DNA of 40,166 nucleotides from Rhizobacter sp. Lineage in GTDB: Bacteria > Pseudomonadota > Gammaproteobacteria > Burkholderiales > Burkholderiaceae_C. This document shows, one piece after another, positions 20,547 through 28,826 of this stretch (positions are counted from its first letter, which is position 1; each line of letters opens with the position of its first letter). The DNA is taken from positions 1 to 40,166 of the forward strand of contig JAYSLR010000100.1 of the NCBI GenBank assembly GCA_043725365.1, given 5' to 3'. Position numbers and translations under genes: made by a program. The notes below the pieces were generated by a model, which worked only from the letters and a program-made list of their open reading frames with translations, made no database searches and was not told the DNA's origin.

Positions 20547-21464
20547 ATGGACCGCATCACCGGCGTACAGCTCTTCATCCGCATCGTCGAGACCGGCAGC
20601 TTCTCGAAGGCCTCGGTCGACCTCGGCGTGACCCAGCCGACCGCGACCAAGCACGTCGCGGCGGTCGAGGCGCGCCTGGGCGCGCGGCTGCTGAACCGCA
20701 ACACGCGCGGCGTCAGCGCGACCGAGATCGGCGCGCTGTACTACGAGAAGTGCAAGGCGATCCAGCGCGAACTCGAGGAGGCCGACAACCTGGCCGCGCT
20801 GCTGCAGTCGCGCGTCGGCGGGCAGCTGCGCATCAGCACCTCGGTCGCGTTCGGCCGGCGCGTGCTGACGCCGCTGGTGCTGGACTTCATGCGCCGCCAT
20901 CCCGAGGTCACGATCGACCTGAGCTTCGACGACCGCTACGTGAACCTCGTCGAGCAGGGCATCGACGTCGCGATCCGCATGGGGCGCCTGGCCGACTCGT
21001 CGCTCGGCGCGCGCTACCTCACGCAGAACCCGTGGGTGCTGGTCGCGGCGCCGGCCTACCTGAAGCGGCACGCGGCGCCGACGACGCCGGCCGAGGTCGC
21101 CGCACACCCGTGCCTGATCTACAGCAGCGTGCAGGGCGACGAGCGCTGGCACTTCACCAGCACCAGCGCCGGGGCCGGACGCGAGGAATCGGTGCCGGTG
21201 CGCGGGCCGCTGCGCACCAACAACCTGTCGGTGCTGCTCGAGGCCGCGCGCAACGGCATGGGCCTGGCCATCCTGCCGTGGTACGTGGCCCACGAATCGG
21301 TGCGCGACGGGCGCGTCGTGCCGTTGCTGCCGGGCTTCGCGCTGCCGGTGCAGGAGATGCACGCGGTGTTCCCGTCGCCGAAGCTGGTGCCGTCGAAGGT
21401 CAGCACCTTCATCGCCCACCTGCAGCAGGCGTTCGTCGAAGGGTGGTGGAAGCGCGCCGGCTGA
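20547..21464 (+). CDS. LysR family regulator (CrgA-like), probable gcl operon regulator
   Basis: [22 protein letters not shown]...[10 protein letters not shown]; [15 protein letters not shown]. Alternative starts at 20535 and 20538. Confidence 0.93.
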   Translation: MDRITGVQLFIRIVETGSFSKASVDLGVTQPTATKHVAAVEARLGARLLNRNTRGVSATEIGALYYEKCKAIQRELEEADNLAALLQSRVGGQLRISTSVAFGRRVLTPLVLDFMRRHPEVTIDLSFDDRYVNLVEQGIDVAIRMGRLADSSLGARYLTQNPWVLVAAPAYLKRHAAPTTPAEVAAHPCLIYSSVQGDERWHFTSTSAGAGREESVPVRGPLRTNNLSVLLEAARNGMGLAILPWYVAHESVRDGRVVPLLPGFALPVQEMHAVFPSPKLVPSKVSTFIAHLQQAFVEGWWKRAG

Positions 21465-21576
21465 ATTCGCTTCGGGGTGCAGCCCGCCACGCTGCGACAG
21501 GCGGCGCCTGGCGCCGGCACGCCCGACGTGTCGTCGCCGCGACAGCGCGATGAACTGAGGATCCGCTCGCTGTTCC

Positions 21577-21593
21577 GTTCAGCTTGGGTTCAT
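21577..21593 (+). promoter_or_regulatory. PhoP-box-like direct repeat GTTCAG-N5-GTTCAT
   Basis: 11-bp periodicity upstream of the glycine-zipper gene; same architecture at 24586. Confidence 0.7.
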
Positions 21594-21639
21594 GGAGCCG
21601 GCTGCAACATGCGTCCATTCCCAACCCAAGGAGACTTGC

Positions 21640-22146
21640 ATGAAGCGCCTCGCCCTCATCCCCTTGCTCGCGACCGCCGCTGTCGCGGCCCACGCGCAGC
21701 CCTACCTCGACAACGCCCGCGTCACCGGCGTCGAACCGCAGTACGAGAGCGTGCGGGTTCCGCGGCAGGAATGCAGCAATCAATGGATCAGCGAGCCGCG
21801 CCGCGGCGATGGACGCGACTACGGCGGTGCCGTCCTCGGCGGCATCGTCGGGGGACTGATCGGCAACCAGGTCGGCGGCGGCCATGGTCGTGAAGCGGCC
21901 ACGGCGGTGGGTGCGGTCGTGGGCGCATTCACCGGAAACAACCTCGCGAACCGCGATCGCTGGCAGCAGCCCGTGCCGATGTCGCGTGAGGTCACGGCGT
22001 GCCGCGATGTCGAGGACGTCCAGTCACGCCTCGTCGGCTACCAGGTCACCTACGAGTACCACGGCCAGCAGTACACGACCCTGATGCAGGAGAACCCCGG
22101 GCGCTTCGTGCCGGTGCGCGTGTCGGTGGATCTTGTGGGACGATAG
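21640..22146 (+). CDS. Glycine-zipper 2TM domain protein (YcfJ-like)
   Basis: Signal peptide, GGAVLGGIVGGLIGNQVGGGHGREAATAVGAVVG, GYQVTYEYHG; AAGGAG RBS. Confidence 0.9.
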   Translation: MKRLALIPLLATAAVAAHAQPYLDNARVTGVEPQYESVRVPRQECSNQWISEPRRGDGRDYGGAVLGGIVGGLIGNQVGGGHGREAATAVGAVVGAFTGNNLANRDRWQQPVPMSREVTACRDVEDVQSRLVGYQVTYEYHGQQYTTLMQENPGRFVPVRVSVDLVGR

Positions 22147-22186
22147 TGGCTCGTTCGATCCACCTTCTGCTCCCGTTCCCCGCCCC

Positions 22187-22429
22187 ATGAAAGCGCTCGT
22201 CGTCAAACCCCTTTGTGCCCTCTTGATGGCCCTGGCCGCGCCGGCCTGGGCCGACATCGGCCGGGACGAGGCCGCAGCGGCAGCACAACGCGTCGCCACC
22301 GGCCGTGTGCTGTCGGTCGAAAGGACCGAGGCCGATCGTCGCCCGGTGTGGCGCGTCAAGGTTCTCACGGCCCAAGGCGAAGTCCGGGTGATCCTGATCG
22401 ACGTCGCCAGCGGGCGGGTCGTGGGCTGA
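22187..22429 (+). CDS. PepSY domain protein
   Basis: Signal peptide, then IGRDEAAAAAQRVATGRVLSVE...WRVKVLT..GEVRVILIDVASG. Confidence 0.85.
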   Translation: MKALVVKPLCALLMALAAPAWADIGRDEAAAAAQRVATGRVLSVERTEADRRPVWRVKVLTAQGEVRVILIDVASGRVVG

Positions 22430-22445
22430 TCGGGCGGCGCTCGGC

Positions 22446-23117
22446 ATGCGCCTGCTGCTGGTCGAGGACGATGCGGCGCTGCGCCTCGGGCTGGCGCGCC
22501 GCCTGGAGGCCGACGGCTACCGCGTCGACCAGGCCGCCGACGGCCAAGACGGCCTGTTCCAGGCGCGCGAGTATCCGGTCGATCTCGCGATCGTCGATCT
22601 CGGGTTGCCCAGGCTCAGTGGCCTGGACGTGGTCAAGGGCCTGCGAGCGGACGGGCGGGCCATCCCCATCCTGATCCTCACGGCGCGGGGCAGCTGGCAG
22701 GACAAGGTCGTGGGGCTGGAAGCGGGCGCCGACGACTATCTCGTCAAGCCCTTCGAATACCCCGAACTCCACGCGCGCATCAAGGCCTTGCTGAGGCGCT
22801 CGCTGAAGGCCACGTCCGACGTGCTCACGCTCGGGCCGATCGCGATCGATCTTTCGGCGCAGAGTGCCCGCCTCGGGGGAACGGCGATCGAGCTGACGAC
22901 GTTTGAGTACCGCCTGCTCGAGTTCCTCGTGCGCGAACGAGCCCGCGTCGTCAGCAAGCAGGAGCTGTCCGACTACCTGTATCCGCACGACGAAGACCGG
23001 GACAGCAACGTGCTCGAGGTGCTGATCGGCCGGCTGCGCCGCAAGCTCGACCCGGACGGCACGCTGGCGCCGATAGAGACCTTGCGCGGGCGGGGCTACC
23101 GGTTCACCCTCGGATGA
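22446..23117 (+). CDS. OmpR/PhoP-family response regulator
   Basis: MRLLLVEDD, DLGLP, LTARGSWQDKV.GLEAGADDYLVKPF, DRDSNVLEVLIGRLRRKL, IETLRGRGY; PhoP-like signatures. Confidence 0.93.
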   Translation: MRLLLVEDDAALRLGLARRLEADGYRVDQAADGQDGLFQAREYPVDLAIVDLGLPRLSGLDVVKGLRADGRAIPILILTARGSWQDKVVGLEAGADDYLVKPFEYPELHARIKALLRRSLKATSDVLTLGPIAIDLSAQSARLGGTAIELTTFEYRLLEFLVRERARVVSKQELSDYLYPHDEDRDSNVLEVLIGRLRRKLDPDGTLAPIETLRGRGYRFTLG

Positions 23118-24559
23118 GCAACGGTCGCCCGGCCGCTCCGAAGACTGTTGCTCGCCCCCACGGGGGGCGGGCGCCGTACTCGGCGACCGGGGGTCGACAT
23201 ACAGGGTGGCCCGACTCGATCCGCGCCCGCCTGATGCTGGGCGCCACGGCGGTGTTGATCGCCTTCGTGGCCGCAGCGGGCTGGGCCGTGCAGCGGGCCC
23301 ATGAAGACAGCGTGCGCACGGCTCGCTTCGCCCAGCTGCAGAGCACGGTGTATCTGCTGCTGGCCGGCGCCGATCTCGACGAGCGTGGCGCGCTGGTCAT
23401 TCCTCCCTCCTTCCCGGAGCCGCGCCTGTCCTTGCCCGGGTCGGGCCTGTACGCGAACATCGTCAACGTGGCACGACGCGAGCAATGGCAGTCGCCGTCG
23501 ACGCTGGGCATCAGCCCGCCGTTCCTGCGCAGTGTCGCGGTCGGCCAGTGGCGCTCCGAGATCCGCTCTGACGTCGCCAATGCCGGCGGTCACGACTACC
23601 TCGTGATCGGCTATGGCGTCAACTGGGCGGGGCGCGCGCAAGCGGCGCCGCTGGTGCTGTCCGTGGTCGAAGACAAGGCCGAGTTCGATCGGGAAGTCGG
23701 CGTCTTCGAGCGCACGTTGTGGACGTGGCTCGGCAGCGCCGCCGCACTGCTGCTGGTGTCGCAGACGCTCCTGCTCGAATGGGGCCTGACGCCGCTGCGG
23801 CGCGTCGCGCGCGAGGTCCGCGGCATCGAGCTCGGCGACCAGGCCGAGATCGAAGGTCGGTACCCGACCGAGATCACGGCGCTGACGAACAACCTCAACA
23901 CCTTGATCACGCAGGAACGCTTGCGCCAGACCCGTTACCGCGAGGCGTTGAGCTTTCTCGCCCACAGCCTGAAGACGCCGTTGGCGGTGCTGCGCAACGC
24001 GCTGGCTGAGCCGGCGGTGTTGCCCGAGGCGGTGCGCCAGCAGGTGGCGCGCATGGACGACATCGTCCAGCACCAGCTGGCCAGGGCGGCGGCCGGCGGC
24101 TCGTCACGTTTTGCACCGCATCTGCCGCTCGCCGGTGTCGTGCACCGGGTTCGCGATTCGTTGGCCAAGGTGTATGCCGACAAGGGCTTGGCCATCGCCG
24201 TCGACATCAATCCGCCCGAGCTCGCCTGGCGGATCGATGAAGGCGATGCCTTCGAGATGCTCGGCAACGTGATGGACAACGCCGCGAAGTGGGCGAAGCA
24301 GCGCGTGGCCGTCAGCGCTCGCCGCGAGGGGAACCGGCTGCACGTCAGGGTGGACGACGACGGTCCGGGGTTCAGCGACACATTCGGCGACACGCAATCC
24401 ATCCTGCAGCTGCACGTGCGCGGCGACGAGAAGGTGCCCGGTCACGGCGTCGGCCTGGCGGTCGTCAACGAACTGGTGGCCAGCCACGACGGCGAGTTGA
24501 GCCTGTCCCGTTCGGAGCTCGGCGGCGCCCGGGTCGACATCGTGCTGCGCGCGGGGTGA
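23114..24559 (+). CDS. PhoQ-like sensor histidine kinase
   Basis: Two TM segments, HAMP (YPTEI), H-box LAHSLKTPL, N-box GNVMDNAAK, DDGPG, GHGVGL. ATGA overlap with the regulator. Confidence 0.92.
   Translation: MSNGRPAAPKTVARPHGGRAPYSATGGRHTGWPDSIRARLMLGATAVLIAFVAAAGWAVQRAHEDSVRTARFAQLQSTVYLLLAGADLDERGALVIPPSFPEPRLSLPGSGLYANIVNVARREQWQSPSTLGISPPFLRSVAVGQWRSEIRSDVANAGGHDYLVIGYGVNWAGRAQAAPLVLSVVEDKAEFDREVGVFERTLWTWLGSAAALLLVSQTLLLEWGLTPLRRVAREVRGIELGDQAEIEGRYPTEITALTNNLNTLITQERLRQTRYREALSFLAHSLKTPLAVLRNALAEPAVLPEAVRQQVARMDDIVQHQLARAAAGGSSRFAPHLPLAGVVHRVRDSLAKVYADKGLAIAVDINPPELAWRIDEGDAFEMLGNVMDNAAKWAKQRVAVSARREGNRLHVRVDDDGPGFSDTFGDTQSILQLHVRGDEKVPGHGVGLAVVNELVASHDGELSLSRSELGGARVDIVLRAG
23128..23197. 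repeat. REP-like palindromic element inside the 5' end of the kinase ORF
   Basis: GGCCGCTCCGAAG...CGCCCCCACGGGGGGCG...CGCCGTACTCGGCG...CCGGGGG; similar to the intergenic element at 18568. Confidence 0.55.
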
Positions 24560-24585
24560 ACGATCGCCTGAACGATCTTGCATCC

Positions 24586-24602
24586 GTTCAGGTGGCGTTC
24601 AT
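24586..24602 (+). promoter_or_regulatory. PhoP-box-like direct repeat GTTCAG-N5-GTTCAT
   Basis: Same repeat as at 21577, preceded by two opposite-strand half-sites (TGAAC at 24557 and 24569). Confidence 0.7.
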
Positions 24603-24649
24603 CGGTGGGCGCGCAAGATGACTTCATCGCAACCCCAGGAGCCCTCATC

Positions 24650-25015
24650 ATGAAGCGCCCCCTCTCGTCGAGATTCATCGCTGCCGCCGTTCTTGCCGCC
24701 GCCGCATTCGGCGCCGCATCGGCCGCGCAAGCGCGCCCCGACATCCAGCTCTCGATCGGCTTGCCAGGGCTGCCGGTCTTCGTCCAGCCGCCCGTCTATG
24801 TCCGCACGGAGCCTGTGTACGTTCAGCCCCGTCCGGTCTATGTGCAGCCGCCGGAGCTCACGTACGAGCGCCCCTGGCGGCCGTCGTACCGGCCCGACTT
24901 CGAGCGCGAACGGGCCTGGCGGCATGCCGAGTGGCAACGGCACGAATGGGAACGCCGTGAATGGGACCACCGCGATCACGACCGGTATCAGTGGCGTGGC
25001 CGCGATCGGGACTGA
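24650..25015 (+). CDS. Secreted proline-rich PXPV-repeat protein
   Basis: Signal peptide, SIGLPG, P(R)PVYV repeats, Arg/His/Trp-rich tail; AGGAG RBS. Confidence 0.82.
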   Translation: MKRPLSSRFIAAAVLAAAAFGAASAAQARPDIQLSIGLPGLPVFVQPPVYVRTEPVYVQPRPVYVQPPELTYERPWRPSYRPDFERERAWRHAEWQRHEWERREWDHRDHDRYQWRGRDRD

Positions 25016-25189
25016 CGGCGAGCCGAGACGCGAGAGTTCGCATGGCGCTCGAGGATCGGGCGCCGAGTGCGCCGAGGCGAGTGCGGGCTTTCAGACAGTC
25101 AAAAGGTCCGCTTCGGACTGGGTGAAGACGTTCGTGTGGGACCAGTTGGACTGGCGCTCTCGACCCAAAGGAGTCCCTGGAAAGGCTTT

Positions 25190-25577
25190 TCAAAACGGCT
25201 TTAAGCGGTCGTCCGATCTCGAAAGCTGCGCTTCGATTACCGCGATGTCGATGACCGACCACACATGCGCGATTTTGTCGTTGCGGAGTGCGTAGAACAC
25301 GCTCTCCCTAAAAACGACATTCCTGCCATTGACGGGCCAACCTAAGAACGTGGCTCGGGGTGAGCACTCAAATCGAAGGCGACTTCCCACACATTGCTGG
25401 AGGTCCGCTATGTCTGCGAAGTCTCGTTCAAGCCCTGCTGGATAGCCTGTCACGCGCAGCGGACAGCCGTTGTGCTGCGCGTCGACCGCAAATCGGCAAG
25501 GCATGCCAATCTTCCGCGTTCGGGCAGGCAATGTATTCACGGTAGAAATCTTCGATGTCCGTCATCTGCATAGGCAT
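25190..25577 (-). pseudogene. Ester cyclase / SnoaL-like polyketide cyclase pseudogene (frameshifted)
   Basis: N-terminus MTDIEDFYREYIACPNAEDWHAL in one frame; HNG...LERDFADIADL...SRLRFECSPRATFLGWPVNGRNVVFRESVFY...VWSVID in another. Frame switch near 25495. Confidence 0.75.
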
Positions 25578-25639
25578 TTTCCAAGATTCAAGCGCGCATG
25601 CGTGGCGAGGAAGATTCAAAGCGGTCGCTCGTCGTTAAC

Positions 25640-27970
25640 CTATTGATGCGACAACCTCGATTCCCGCGCCCACTCCACGCTACCCACCACGCCGCTTTCT
25701 TTGAGCCCGTCGATGGCTTCAGCCGAGAGCCCGAGGTGACTCAAAAGTAGGTCGGCGGAGGCTCCGATGCGCACCGCGGCCTTGCGCGTTTCAGGTGCGG
25801 CTCCATCGAAGCAGAACCACGTCGGGACGAAGCATTCGGTGATCCAGCCATCGTTGTTTGTGGCCTGAAAGTTGATGGTTCGCGACGGCTGCGCACGGTG
25901 TCGGTCGGCGAGCTCTCGCACCGTGTTAACGCGGGTCGCCTCGACGCCTTTGGAGGCCAACATCGACAGAGCAGATGCCACCGTCTCGCCTCGCAGAAGC
26001 TTGCTGAGATCCTCTGCGCCGCGCGCGAATATCCAGCCATCGGCGAGGCGATAGGTTCGCTCGCCGGGAGTGCATCCGCTGGCGTGCGGGCCGCATGCGC
26101 TCGGCGGTGGTTCATCGAACTGGAACAGCAACTGCATCAGCGAAGCCGCTGCGGTCAGCGATGACTGCGCCCAGTCACCGCGACCGTCGCCGCGCCGTTC
26201 GCGTGCATAAAGCGCGGTCACGCCAGCCCAGGCACCGAGGTAGCCAGTGAGGTAGTCGACACACGACGCAAGGCCGTGGTACGTCGGGCAATGCTCGGTG
26301 CCGAAGCGCCGCATGATGCCGGTGATGGCCTGGCCGGTCGGGTCGTAGCCGGGATAGTCGTGCCGCGCACCATTGGCGGCACCGTGATGCGCGGTGAGCT
26401 GCACGAGGATGGCCGCAGGATTCAGCGCGTGAAGCGACTCAACGTCGATGCTCAACCGCTGGCACTGCGCATCCGACTTGTTGACGACGACGAAGTCCGC
26501 GCGCGTCAGTAACTTCTTCAAAACGGCCTGGCCTTCAGGCCGAAGGATGTCCAGAATGATGCTGTGCTTGCCGGCGCCGGCCTCTGCGCCCCAGATCGTC
26601 ATGGCGATGGGCGGATGGCTCGGTTCGGGCTGTTCGATGCGGTAGACCGTGGCGCCCAGTTCGCCGAGCATGCGCGCGCAGTTCGGACCTGCGATCACGT
26701 TCGTCATGTCGACGACGACACGGCCTTGCAGCGGAGAGCCGGCCGCGATGCCGGCGCGTTCATTCGACATCGGGCTTGTCGTATCGATCGGGTCGCTGCT
26801 CTGAATGGAGTTCGTGGCAAGCGGCGCGTACGGTTGCGCACTCGCTAGCCACGCCGCACGGCCGAGTTGCGGACGGCTCGTGCCCTCGGGTTGCGTGGTC
26901 AACCCCGCACGCCGGGCTTCCGGGTCGTGCATCCATTCCTGCAGGCTCATCACCTTGGCAGATGCCACGCCGAGTTCGCAAAATTCGCGTTCCCACACGG
27001 CGGCGGGCTTGGTGGCGATGATCTCCTCGAGCAACTCGGCCACGAGCGAAGCACTTGCGAAATCGAGGGTCGGTGAATCGGCCAGGTTTCGGCCGCGCAC
27101 ATCGAACGATTCGGGCATGTACGGCGACACGTCCACGAGACCGGCGACCAACAGGCGATCCCAGATGCCGAGTGCTTTGTAGAGCCTGCGCGAGGCGAGG
27201 CGGTTCACGCCGTTGATGATCATCACCATGCGGCCATCGGCAGCACGATACGGCACGCCGAACGGGATCATGCGGTGCTCGAGCCACGAGCGGCGGTCTT
27301 CGTCACCGGCCGCATCGCGAAGGATCGAATCGAAGCGCTCGGGCGCCATGTCCTTCGGAAGGAGTGTGCGCTTGGCGGGCGCCAAGTGCGGCGGCAGGCC
27401 CGCATTCGTCATTGCCAGCGCCCCGATCGCCGACAGCCCACCCGCGAGCCGCGACGCGATGATCTCGCAGCCCACGCCGGTGCGAACGCGATTCGACAAG
27501 GCCGCGCCGAGGGCGACCGCGCCGTTGACGCCGGTGTAGACCGAGCTCACCGGCAGCGGGCTGTAGATCACCGGGCGGCCGAGCGCAGGCCCGGTCAACG
27601 CCATGTCGGTGAAGAAGCCGAGCGTCGCGCTCAACAGATCCTCGCTGCAGTTGGCCGCCAGATGGTCATACTCGTCATCGCCCGGCAACGCAGCGGTGAT
27701 CCGAAGCACGATCTGCGAAGGGCGGCGATGCACGACCGCATCGCCATCGACGACCAACACGTCGGCGTCTTGCGTATCTCCGAGCGCTGAGGCGGGAACG
27801 AGTTGCTTGCCACGGTCAAGGTACTCGTCGATTCGATGGCCGGCACGCACGTTGTCGTTGGAACAGCGCACGTGCGCGCCCTGGTCCGCGAACAGCAGGC
27901 CCACCATGCGGCCCGACAGTGTCGCACTCGATTCGACGATCCGGATTCCGGCGTAGGGGAGTTGGCTCAT
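25640..27970 (-). CDS. Tandem two-domain class III CoA-transferase (CaiB/BaiF), DddD-like architecture
   Basis: Two CaiB-like starts (LPYAGIRIVE...ADQGA; LQGRVVVDMTNVIAGPNCARMLGELGA) and GYDPTGQAITGIMRRFG...PTYHGLASCVDYLTG; 776 aa. Confidence 0.85.
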   Translation of the reverse strand: MSQLPYAGIRIVESSATLSGRMVGLLFADQGAHVRCSNDNVRAGHRIDEYLDRGKQLVPASALGDTQDADVLVVDGDAVVHRRPSQIVLRITAALPGDDEYDHLAANCSEDLLSATLGFFTDMALTGPALGRPVIYSPLPVSSVYTGVNGAVALGAALSNRVRTGVGCEIIASRLAGGLSAIGALAMTNAGLPPHLAPAKRTLLPKDMAPERFDSILRDAAGDEDRRSWLEHRMIPFGVPYRAADGRMVMIINGVNRLASRRLYKALGIWDRLLVAGLVDVSPYMPESFDVRGRNLADSPTLDFASASLVAELLEEIIATKPAAVWEREFCELGVASAKVMSLQEWMHDPEARRAGLTTQPEGTSRPQLGRAAWLASAQPYAPLATNSIQSSDPIDTTSPMSNERAGIAAGSPLQGRVVVDMTNVIAGPNCARMLGELGATVYRIEQPEPSHPPIAMTIWGAEAGAGKHSIILDILRPEGQAVLKKLLTRADFVVVNKSDAQCQRLSIDVESLHALNPAAILVQLTAHHGAANGARHDYPGYDPTGQAITGIMRRFGTEHCPTYHGLASCVDYLTGYLGAWAGVTALYARERRGDGRGDWAQSSLTAAASLMQLLFQFDEPPPSACGPHASGCTPGERTYRLADGWIFARGAEDLSKLLRGETVASALSMLASKGVEATRVNTVRELADRHRAQPSRTINFQATNNDGWITECFVPTWFCFDGAAPETRKAAVRIGASADLLLSHLGLSAEAIDGLKESGVVGSVEWARESRLSHQ

Positions 27971-28342
27971 GGTCTCGCCCGCGGCTGCAAATGGCAATGA
28001 CGCAGCCTAAAGCGCGACTGCCGGACGTTCAAACGGTGAAAGCCCGCGGATGCGTCCCGATGAATGTCAGGTATCGGGAGATTAGGTGGATGACAGCTCC
28101 TGGCCGATTGCGGCTGTCGCTGATCGACCCACTCCTGACATTCGCTGCCCGGATACGGTCGGAAGAATGCAGTCGTTCAGGCCAAGGCGGTCGTGGCACG
28201 CGTTCACCCAGGCGCCGTATGCACTCCAGCGGCGACGTCAAGAGGTGCTTGGTGGCGACTGGCGCTGTGCGAGGCCACCTCGAAGGCGGCAAAGTCGGGG
28301 AGCTTCCTCCTGCCAGCACCGTCGCTCGCGGTCAGCGCTGGC

Positions 28343-28825
28343 TCAGCAGCCGGGCGGCATGAGCTTCGTGCGCGCCTCTGGCTCGAGCCCTGCGCACAGC
28401 TTGCGCAGCAACCCCTGGAACTGCTCACGCTCGTCGCCAGTCAGTGGTGCCATCAGCCGCTCGGTGACGCTCGCCGCGAGCTCCCGCCCCCGGGCCAGCG
28501 TGGCGACGCCATCGGCGGTCAGCGTGAGCTGCAGGCGGCGGCCGTCGGCCGTGGATGGCTCGCGTGCCACCAGCCCACGGGTCTGCAGCCCGCGGACGAT
28601 GCGCAGCGTGGTCACGCGGTCGAACCCAAGCGCGCGTGCCACGGTGGCCTGGTCGCAACCGCCGGCATGCGCGACGATCGTCAGCACGCCGTATTGCGGC
28701 GGTGTCAGGCTGAGTTCGCGGCACCCCGCTTCGAACAGACCGACAGAGAGCTGGTGGGCGCGCCTGAGCAGAAAGCCAGGGCGCAGGTACAGCAATTGCA
28801 GCAATTCGGCGCGCGAGTCTGGCAT
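28343..28825 (-). CDS. MarR family regulator
   Basis: RPGFLLRRAHQ, LTPPQYGVL, DQATVARALGFDRVTT, DGRRLQLTLT. Confidence 0.92.
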   Translation of the reverse strand: MPDSRAELLQLLYLRPGFLLRRAHQLSVGLFEAGCRELSLTPPQYGVLTIVAHAGGCDQATVARALGFDRVTTLRIVRGLQTRGLVAREPSTADGRRLQLTLTADGVATLARGRELAASVTERLMAPLTGDEREQFQGLLRKLCAGLEPEARTKLMPPGC

Positions 28826-28826
28826 G

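Larger units (their letters stand above)
25102..28178. repeat. Dispersed degenerate 20-bp repeat family (about 9 copies) at gene boundaries
   Basis: Copies at 25102(+), 25160(-), 25195(-), 25611(-), 28011(-), 28062(+), 28088(+), 28124(-), 28159(-); see findings. Confidence 0.5.

Noticed and set aside
24780-25010. Short tandem DNA repeats (GTCTATGT, GAATGGGA) as a CRISPR or VNTR
   Set aside because: Explained by PVYV and EW peptide repeats of the PXPV protein; no repeat-spacer structure.
25600-25645. Integron attC site after the CoA-transferase stop (GTTAAC)
   Set aside because: No paired RYYYAAC/GTTRRRY boxes or long imperfect hairpin; treated as part of the separate 20-bp repeat family instead.
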